Both the position numbers and the translations under genes were made by a program. From Acaryochloris thomasi RCC1774 (lineage in GTDB: Bacteria > Cyanobacteriota > Cyanobacteriia > Thermosynechococcales > Thermosynechococcaceae), in NCBI RefSeq assembly GCF_003231495.1, contig NZ_PQWO01000028.1:19061-51060 (forward strand): a stretch of DNA of 32,000 nucleotides, in the 5' to 3' direction. Below the pieces are notes generated by a model that saw only the letters and a program-made list of their open reading frames with translations, had not been told where the DNA came from and searched no databases. Position 1 is the first letter of the stretch. Each line of letters starts with the position of its first letter. Positions 25,452 to 31,953 of the stretch are shown piece by piece.

Positions 25452-27614
25452 ATGGTCATGAAACTACTGATTGTTGAATCCCCCGGCAAAATTAAAAAGC
25501 TCAAGGGTATCCTCGGCAGTGACTGGATAGTGAAGGCCAGCGTGGGTCACATCCGTGAACTAGCAAACGATGGAAAAGACTCCCTCGGCTTTGATCTTGG
25601 ACTTCATCAAATTGACTGTCGCTATATTCCCCGTAGCCCTCAAGCAAAACAGACGATCTCTGACCTACGGGCTGCGACCAAAAAAGCTAAGCAAGTCTTT
25701 CTGGCCACTGACCCCGACCGCGAAGGGGAAACAATCGCTTGGCATCTCCAGGATGCATTGCACCTCAAAAAGGCTCAACGCGTCGTCTATACCGAAATCA
25801 CAGATCGGGCGGTCAAAGCGGCAGTTTCCAATCCCAGACCGCTCAATCAAGCTCTTGTCGATGCGGGCCGATGTCGCGACTGCCTGGACAAATTGGTTGG
25901 CTATCGTGGCTCACCCCTGGTATGGAGCTTGAATAATGGCGCAAAAAGCGTGGGCCGGGTCCAATCTGCCACCCTTCATCTCATCTGCCAGCGAGAGAGA
26001 GAAATCCAAGCTTTTACTTCCCAAGATTACTGGTCTGTCTTTGTGGACTACCAGGAAGGCTTTCGAGCCTTTTATCACGGATCTAGTTCACCCTCACATC
26101 CAGAACAATCCAGTATTGATGATGCGGGTGCCTCAGTCGCCTCTCCAGAATCAACCCGAGTTTTAAGTGAGGCCGAAGCAGAACGCTTGGTAGGTATAGC
26201 TCAGGCAGAGAGTCACACCATTGAACGGATAGAGGGAAAGCTCAGCCCCAAGCAACCCCCAGCTCCGTTTATTACCTCTAGCCTGCAGCAGGCGGCAGGG
26301 TCACGTCAGAAATTCAGCCCTGAGCGGACGATGGAAGTGGCGCAAAAGCTCTATGAGAAGGGTCTGATTACTTACATGCGAACTGATTCAGTGCAGCTCA
26401 GTCCTGATTTTTGCCAAGCGGCCCGCAGTTGGCTGCAGGCGAATGACTCGAAGAATGTCCCACAGAAGGTGGCAAAACAACGAAGTAAGAAGGGTGCTCA
26501 AGAAGCCCATGAAGCAATTCGACCGACTGAGCTGACCAAAAGTTCTGAGGGCCTAAAGCAAGAGCTGCCTGAAGATGAATTTAAGCTGTACGTTCTCATT
26601 TGGATGCGGGCGATCTCGTCGCAATGTAAACCGGCTCAGATTCGGAAAACGAAAGTCTTGATCCGTTCCGGTCCAATCCAATGGCAAGCCAAAGGGCAGG
26701 TGGTGGAGTTCAAGGGCTACAGCAAATATTGGCAAGACATTAGTGCAGACAAGCAACTCCCTGTTCTCCAGGATGGTCAACAGCTGCGGGTTCAGCAGGT
26801 GGGTCATGAGCAGAAGCAAACGCAGCCACCGTCCCGCTTTACGGAACCAAAGCTGGTACAAATCATGGAAAAGAAAGGGATTGGTCGTCCTTCTACCTAT
26901 GCCACCACGATTAAGACCCTCAAGCTGCGTCAGTATGTGGAGGTGTTGAAGAAGCAGCTGCAGCCGACGATGATGGGGCTAGAGGTGGATGAGTTTATGG
27001 GGAAGGCGCTCCCGGAATTGCTCGAAGCTAAGTTCACGGCACAGATGGAGGGGCAGCTTGATTTAATCTCGGAGGGGAAGCAGGACTGGCAGCAGTATCT
27101 GATCAGTTGGAATCAGAGCTATTTTGAGCCAGCTTTAGGTAAGGCTGTGAGTACTCTACCTGCACCAAAACCAGGACAATACCCGGAAAGGAAGCTGCAG
27201 AAGTCACGGACAAAGTGTCCGCTTTGTAATCAGGCGTTGTCAAAAGTGCCAACGAAGAGCAAGAAGGTGAAGAAGGGATTTTTCCTGAAGTGTCAGCAGG
27301 GATGTGAGACCGAACCGGGTAAGGAATTAGTAATGTTCTGGAGTAGCCGGAATAAAGCTTGGCAGCAACCGGGAGGCAGTGGAACCGGAGAGGGACTGAA
27401 AGCACCGAAATTAACCGAGTATGTTTGCCCAGCCTGTGACCTAAAGCTAGAGGAATACTTTTATACGAAGGATGGACAGCAAAAGTCATTGCTGCGCTGT
27501 TCAAGTGCCGCTACTAGGGAGGATCGAAAGCACAAAGATGTGGTTTACTTTCAATCTAAAGGGGCTTGGTGGTCCCCTAAGTTTGGGGTGTTGGGAGAGG
27601 AGGCCGAGCGATGA
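25452..27614 (+). CDS. Type IA DNA topoisomerase (TopA-like, island-borne extra copy) with C-terminal Zn-ribbons
   Basis: 720 aa. Toprim LLIVESPGKIKKL and LATDPDREGETIAWH. SAGRVQS-like SVGRVQSATL. APFITSSLQQAA. Active-site Tyr in GLITYMRTDS. QEAHEAIRPT. GIGRPSTYA. C-terminal CPLCNQ...KCQQGCE and CPACD. It is collinear with E. coli Topo I motifs as I recall them, but shorter. Confidence 0.9.
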   Translation: MVMKLLIVESPGKIKKLKGILGSDWIVKASVGHIRELANDGKDSLGFDLGLHQIDCRYIPRSPQAKQTISDLRAATKKAKQVFLATDPDREGETIAWHLQDALHLKKAQRVVYTEITDRAVKAAVSNPRPLNQALVDAGRCRDCLDKLVGYRGSPLVWSLNNGAKSVGRVQSATLHLICQREREIQAFTSQDYWSVFVDYQEGFRAFYHGSSSPSHPEQSSIDDAGASVASPESTRVLSEAEAERLVGIAQAESHTIERIEGKLSPKQPPAPFITSSLQQAAGSRQKFSPERTMEVAQKLYEKGLITYMRTDSVQLSPDFCQAARSWLQANDSKNVPQKVAKQRSKKGAQEAHEAIRPTELTKSSEGLKQELPEDEFKLYVLIWMRAISSQCKPAQIRKTKVLIRSGPIQWQAKGQVVEFKGYSKYWQDISADKQLPVLQDGQQLRVQQVGHEQKQTQPPSRFTEPKLVQIMEKKGIGRPSTYATTIKTLKLRQYVEVLKKQLQPTMMGLEVDEFMGKALPELLEAKFTAQMEGQLDLISEGKQDWQQYLISWNQSYFEPALGKAVSTLPAPKPGQYPERKLQKSRTKCPLCNQALSKVPTKSKKVKKGFFLKCQQGCETEPGKELVMFWSSRNKAWQQPGGSGTGEGLKAPKLTEYVCPACDLKLEEYFYTKDGQQKSLLRCSSAATREDRKHKDVVYFQSKGAWWSPKFGVLGEEAER

Positions 27615-27738
27615 GGTGCTGGCGAACTCAGAGTCAAGGTACAGATATAAAAGACAATGAGGATCAGGCTTACGACTGATGGAGCTTGAGACGCTATCTA
27701 TCCCACGCTAATTTAGAGAGCACTGTGTCAACCTATAC

Positions 27739-27822
27739 ATGGCAATGGCAGGGTTCAACGTTGCCAGTGAAACCCTTGGCTCTGGTCCATCGGTCCTCCT
27801 GCTGCCAGCCTTTAGCGATGAT
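27739..27822 (+). pseudogene. Possible N-terminal relic of an alpha/beta-hydrolase
   Basis: (T)WQWQGFNVASETLGSGPSVLLLPAFS resembles the N-terminal strand and oxyanion region of Abhydrolase_1/6 proteins. The frame then degenerates (DDRFHNDNCCRIY...) with no catalytic motifs. Confidence 0.3.
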
Positions 27823-27916
27823 CGATTCCATAATGACAATTGCTGTAGAATTTACTTGAAGCTTGTAAAGGTTTCCCTGTTTCATAGACCAGCCAGCGAG
27901 AATAAGAGTTTAGGAT

Positions 27917-28132
27917 ATGGCTATAGATCAACTCGAAGCATTTTTAAAGAAAATGCAGTCTGAACCTGCACTTAACAATGAGGTGCAAGCAGCATCAACT
28001 GCAGATGATGTTGCGCGAATAGCACTAAAGCTTGGTTTTGAATTTTCAGGTGATGAACTATTGAGAATGTCAGGTATGAAAGTTGGCAGGGTTACTGTTA
28101 CAAAAATAGATACTCCTGGAGAGTACAACTAA
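27917..28132 (+). CDS. Nif11-domain small protein (Nif11-type leader-peptide family)
   Basis: 71 aa. MAIDQLEAFLKKMQSEPALNNEVQAASTADDVARIALKLGFEFSGDEL matches the Nif11/N11P pattern (M..eQL.aFL.kv..d..L...l.aa.s.eevv.iAk..GF.fs.eEL). The 23-aa tail is LRMSGMKVGRVTVTKIDTPGEYN, with no GG or GA cleavage motif and no Cys. Confidence 0.7.
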   Translation: MAIDQLEAFLKKMQSEPALNNEVQAASTADDVARIALKLGFEFSGDELLRMSGMKVGRVTVTKIDTPGEYN

Positions 28133-28363
28133 AGGGAGTGTCGCAAAAACTGGGTGAGATCAGCAGTGGCTGAAATCTTGAGAGTCTCTCCCGCCTCTCT
28201 TCACTCGATTCACGAACCCTGCTAAACCGTTCAAGTAGCGTCAGCAGCACTCACCAGCGATGGTCTCCGACCAGCTTACCCTCCTGTATTAGTTCGTTCA
28301 AATAGGGTATAAAGTGGCAGCAAGAGCATTTCATATCCAAAAGTACTGATCCTTTCTATTGGT

Positions 28364-28642
28364 CTATAGAAAGCCTATGGTCTGCAGGTTCTGCCTCAGA
28401 ATTGATGAAGTCTCCCGATACTCTTCGTCTGTACGATAAGAATCTACAATTTGATTTTGAATGTGAGTCGGGTCAGATTTCATTAATTCAGCAAGTAATG
28501 CTTCTTCCAGCAATGCCGCGTCATCATAGGGATCTTCATCAATAATTTCATGACGGACCCAGCTTTGTACTTTTCTGATAAGTGAGGAAAGTGCTGTGTC
28601 TATTGTAGAAAGTTGACCAATCTGGCTTGGGGAAGAGATCAT
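28364..28642 (-). CDS. Hypothetical acidic protein (92 aa)
   Basis: ATG-initiated ORF from the track. Acidic and helical-looking (IIDEDPYDDAALLEEALLAELMKSD). I recognised no family. Confidence 0.35.
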   Translation of the reverse strand: MISSPSQIGQLSTIDTALSSLIRKVQSWVRHEIIDEDPYDDAALLEEALLAELMKSDPTHIQNQIVDSYRTDEEYRETSSILRQNLQTIGFL

Positions 28643-29002
28643 AGTTTTAACATTTGTAGGTGAGCTAACGATTCTTTCTGCTTAAGGCAAGGATGCCCCG
28701 TGCAGTTGATTCGTTAAGTCCTACTCTAGAGGGGTATTTTTAGCCTCCACTGAGAGCAGGATTCGTAATTTGGAATGTCTCTCTCAGGGCCGTCTTAGAA
28801 AAATCTGAGCCAGCGAGATGACCAGAGTCTTTCGCCACCATTAATTGATGAAGCAGGGGGTTAATAGGCTGCATGACAGATTTCGCGTGAATACTAGATA
28901 GGTTTAGAAAAATCCCGCTTCTGTTAGCATTGGCATCCAGCAGCGGGAAATAGGGTTAGAGAGAACTCGGTTTGTAGGATAGTCAAACAACCATGCGATT
29001 AA

Positions 29003-29032
29003 TCAGAGCTGAACGATATCGTTCAGCTCTGA
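29003..29032. repeat. Perfect 30-bp palindrome TCAGAGCTGAACGAT|ATCGTTCAGCTCTGA (central GATATC)
   Basis: I checked all 15 pairs by hand. It lies 81 nt downstream of the stop of the His/Lys-rich peptide gene (minus strand). Plausible roles are a terminator hairpin or a protein-binding site. Confidence 0.85.
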
Positions 29033-29112
29033 CTGCAGAGCAGCGCATCTATCTTATTTCTGCCAGCACTATTGTGGAGTTAGGAAGTATCTATCTACGT
29101 GCTGTCAGGGGA

Positions 29113-29400
29113 CTAACGGAAACGGTGAACGTTGTGGAATTTCTTGTGGCCGATGAACTTCTTCTTGCCGTGGAATTTGTCATGACCATGGTGGCCTTTC
29201 TTCACTTTCTTGAATTTCTTGTGACCGTGATGACCTTTCTTGAATTTCTTGAACTTAAGGGCCACCAGTTGCGTCTCTGACTGGCTTTCAATGGAATGGT
29301 CAAGTGTCTTCGCTTCGGCTGTGCGACCTGTCGTTAAGCCAAGGGTCATCACGACGAGTCCGACAAGAGTGGTATTGATTAGACGGTTTTTGTTGTTCAT
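29113..29400 (-). CDS. Secreted His/Lys-rich repeat peptide (95-aa precursor)
   Basis: ATG at 29400 with GGAGAA 8 nt upstream. Signal peptide MNNKNRLINTTLVGLVVMTLGLTTGRTAEA. The mature part ends KFKKFKKGHHGHKKFKKVKKGHHGHDKFHGKKKFIGHKKFHNVHRFR. The KKGHHGH unit is duplicated at the DNA level. The track ORF extends to GTG 29580, which I consider spurious. Confidence 0.6.
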   Translation of the reverse strand: MNNKNRLINTTLVGLVVMTLGLTTGRTAEAKTLDHSIESQSETQLVALKFKKFKKGHHGHKKFKKVKKGHHGHDKFHGKKKFIGHKKFHNVHRFR

Positions 29401-29555
29401 TATTTGGTTCTCCAACCTCGATGACTTCAATCTACGAGGGTTGTCTGAGAACCAGATGATCCCTTTCGATACGCGCATGACAAACTTGCTGAGGGGTTCG
29501 GTCGAGCTTGCTGAGAAAACTGAGAAAGGGAGAACCCTAAGCTGAGACAATCGCT

Positions 29556-29593
29556 CCCCACACTTCATACCCTCCCCCACACTTCATACCCTC
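29556..29593. repeat. Perfect tandem direct repeat, 2 x 19 bp (CCCCACACTTCATACCCTC)
   Basis: Read directly from the sequence. It lies about 155-195 nt upstream of the His/Lys-rich peptide start codon. Confidence 0.9.
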
Positions 29594-29893
29594 TCTCACC
29601 CAAACTACAAAACACACCCTGATCGCAACTCCACTCCCAGGAGCAATGGTCTAAGGCCGGTCGGAGACCATCGCAACTCTGGGCACTCAGAGATCAGCCC
29701 TTCTTTCTCTAGACTGTGCCCAACCTCAGCAAAACCGCAGAACTTACAGTGATTACAACTGCCATCACACAGCGGGCGATCTATATTGCAGCTCCTATGA
29801 CAGTATTGATGCCCCGATAAATGTCAAGGCGCGTTCAAATTCTGTTAGATGCCTGCAATGATTGGAAAAATAGTCGTTGCAGGAGGTTGAATG

Positions 29894-30280
29894 CTAATTA
29901 TTTGGGTTAAATCCAGTCGGGAAGTGAGTCGTGTCATCAAAGTCAGCCTCAGCAAGTTCAGCGTCTTCAAGGATTGCACCTCTAAGATCTGTGCCTAGTA
30001 AGCTAGTTCCTCTAAGATCAGTCTGGGTTAGGTCAGCTTCGTTTAAGTTTGCATAACTCAAGTCGCTTCCCCTCAGATTGGCACTATTGAGATTGGCTTC
30101 ACTGAAGTCTGCATAACTGAGATCTGCACCCTTTAAATTCAGGCCACTCAAGTCAGCTTGACTTAAATCAATCTCTCTAAAATCGCGTTTTCCAGCGGCA
30201 TAGCTTTTAAGGAGTTCATCGACCTGGGAACTGTGACTCGATTCCATATTCTGATTCGTGAGTTGACTTTCTACATTCAA
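29894..30280 (-). CDS. Pentapeptide-repeat protein
   Basis: Continuous A(D/N)LXX pentads: DLSQADLSGLNLKGADLSYADFSEANLNSANLRGSDLSYANLNEADLTQTDLRGTSLLGTDLRGAILEDAELAEADF. The track start is TTG 30280; ATG at 30247 is an alternative. Confidence 0.85.
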   Translation of the reverse strand: MNVESQLTNQNMESSHSSQVDELLKSYAAGKRDFREIDLSQADLSGLNLKGADLSYADFSEANLNSANLRGSDLSYANLNEADLTQTDLRGTSLLGTDLRGAILEDAELAEADFDDTTHFPTGFNPNN

Positions 30281-30546
30281 GCCTATGTCACTGAGCTGAG
30301 ATTGCCAGTAATGGTCAGCGATAGTTATCGGTTCTCAGTGGCATGTTCTAGGCAAGAGACCAGCTTCTAATCACTATCCATACATTTTTCGGAACTATGT
30401 TAAGTCTAGGGACTGCTCAAGTGTTGATGGATGACTAAGCATTTGGAGGCAATCGCGATCTAAGATCTCAATCTACATCCCTTTGGTTATAAGTATGCCA
30501 TCAGTACTGAGACGATAGAAAGCCCGCGAAACGTTTGCTGACATAG

Positions 30547-31060
30547 TACCTAAGGTTCGGTAGAACAGCCAGCCGTGAGCAGCTTATCCATGCACACCAA
30601 ACGGCAGAGCAGCACCTGCTGTTCGTGTGTCCCTGGCTGAAGAAGACGGCTATCGATAGTGTGCTCATACACCACCTACAGTCAGCTCTGAAACGAGAGG
30701 TTGCGATCGGCATCAGCGGGACGGCTGCGTAATTTGGAGACAGGCGAGTGCAGGGACAGCATCTACTATGACGCACTACTCTTGGTGCAACAATTGGCCA
30801 GACAGCACTCAAACCTACGATTGAAGGCGATTGGCACTCATGAGAAGTTCCTGGTTTGCGATCGATCCTTCGCCATGATCGGAACCCACAACTTCCTGAC
30901 TCCGGATGATGGATCTCAGGAGCGACAGGTGAGCCTACGGACGACTGACCAAAACGCGATCCATCAACGACTGCAGAGCTATGAGGATGCACCTACAATC
31001 TCGCCAGTAAAAGCACCACTTCTAAAATTAAAGAACAACCCCACCGAACTATCCGCGTAG
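30547..31060 (+). pseudogene. Phospholipase-D/nuclease-family (HKD) domain relic with a frameshift
   Basis: Frame A (30547-30732): ...AHQTAEQHLLFVCPWLKKTAIDSVLIHHLQSALKREVAIGISGTAA*. Frame B (30701-31060) carries the HKD motif GTHEKFLVCDRSFAMIGTHNFL (HxK-x4-D-x6-G-x-x-N). Frame A has no start codon. The two parts read as one PLD-like domain if joined by a -1 shift. Confidence 0.5.
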
Positions 31061-31134
31061 TGATTTCACCACTGTTCTCTCATCGATAATTTGTAATGAT
31101 TGATACCTAATAATTATCTGCAGTTGAGACATCC

Positions 31135-31326
31135 ATGCAAGAACAAGAACAGTACGCCGTTCCCGCCCCTCGGAATGTCGAAGGTATCCAGAAGTCCTAC
31201 AAAAGTGATGCCCAACGGATGCGGGCCAAGAATGCTCAAGCTAGACTAGCTGCCAAGCAGAGAGCTGAGCGGGACCAAAGGCAGAGGGATGCGATCGCAC
31301 AGATTCCAGAAGAGCACCGGATCTGA
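31135..31326 (+). CDS. Hypothetical small basic protein (63 aa)
   Basis: ATG ORF, Arg/Lys/Gln-rich and helical-looking (RMRAKNAQARLAAKQRAERDQRQRD). It contains a HIP1 site. No family recognised, and it may be non-coding. Confidence 0.25.
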   Translation: MQEQEQYAVPAPRNVEGIQKSYKSDAQRMRAKNAQARLAAKQRAERDQRQRDAIAQIPEEHRI

Positions 31327-31364
31327 TATCGAAAGTCCGAGCTTCAGCAAGTTCACATCAGCTG

Positions 31365-31772
31365 TCAGAGAGCAGGCAACGTGAGCTGAATTTCTTTTAG
31401 CCCTTCAGGGGGCGTTGCGCCTAGCAAGTATTCTCTGGCTTCCTCTGAAACCATAAGGCTACCGTTATAGCTACTGAAGTCTGTACCAAGCTGAAATCCA
31501 TCCTGAATCAGGCACTGGGCAATAGGCATATAGTTCTGCCGCATGAACTGATCTTCAAGCTCTGACAGATGAGACAAGATTGCATCATTGAAACGCCGAT
31601 GCAATAGCATACCTAGATCCTCTGATGAATCACACTCTACCCACTGATGAAAACGGGTCTCACCCATAGCTTTGACCTGACGTTCAATCCATCGCAGCAA
31701 TAAGTCTTTGGGTTCTCCTACCTCCAGTCGATCTAAGATGTTTTGGAGTCGGGCAACTTCAATCGCTCTCAT
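31365..31772 (-). CDS. Hypothetical protein (135 aa)
   Basis: ATG-initiated ORF with a plausible globular composition. No motif recognised. Confidence 0.4.
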   Translation of the reverse strand: MRAIEVARLQNILDRLEVGEPKDLLLRWIERQVKAMGETRFHQWVECDSSEDLGMLLHRRFNDAILSHLSELEDQFMRQNYMPIAQCLIQDGFQLGTDFSSYNGSLMVSEEAREYLLGATPPEGLKEIQLTLPAL

Positions 31773-31953
31773 TATGACTATCGAACCTACTAGGGTTGCA
31801 TAACCAGCTTGGACACTTGGAGTAAGTAAACGATCAAGGTAGTGTCAAGATATATTACAGAACAACAGCTCATTAGGGCGTGTCATCAATTAACTTGACG
31901 TATCTACATTAATCTTTCATCTTAAAGACTCTTCTACTGTGAGGAGCTTTGAG

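Noticed and set aside
25474-25487. tRNA-Pro 3'-end-like strings (TTGAATCCCCCGGC here; TTCCAATCCCAGACCGCTC at 25826-25846) as a possible attR
   Set aside because: They are imperfect and lie inside highly conserved topoisomerase codons (VESPGK, VSNPRPL). The resemblance is coincidental.
4451-27822. The idea that the hydrolase C-terminal relic (4451-4822, minus) and the hydrolase N-terminal relic (27739-27822, plus) are halves of one gene split by an inversion
   Set aside because: The motifs point to different alpha/beta-hydrolase subfamilies: esterase-type PPTLLLYGSRD...GHSF versus Abhydrolase_1/6-type GSGPSVLLLPAFS. No matching breakpoint sequence was seen.
28740-28874. 44-aa minus-strand ORF MQPINPLLHQLMVAKDSGHLAGSDFSKTALRETFQITNPALSGG ending in GG
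   Set aside because: It is too short, has no RBS and matches no recognisable family. A GG at the very C-terminus is not a leader-cleavage context.
28993-29280. Plus-strand 95-aa ORF overlapping the His-rich peptide gene
   Set aside because: It is the antisense shadow of the repetitive KKGHHGH-coding DNA. It begins inside the 30-bp palindrome, and it has no RBS and no recognisable features.
29401-29580. 60-codon upstream extension of the His-rich peptide ORF (MGEGMKCGERLSQ...)
   Set aside because: It starts at a GTG inside the 19-bp tandem repeat. The ATG at 29400 has a proper RBS and is followed immediately by a canonical signal peptide.
30501-30992. 163-aa minus-strand ORF
   Set aside because: It is antisense to the HKD-domain relic. 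Its Cys/Arg/Ser/Trp-rich composition is typical of a non-coding frame, whereas the plus strand carries a perfect HKD motif.
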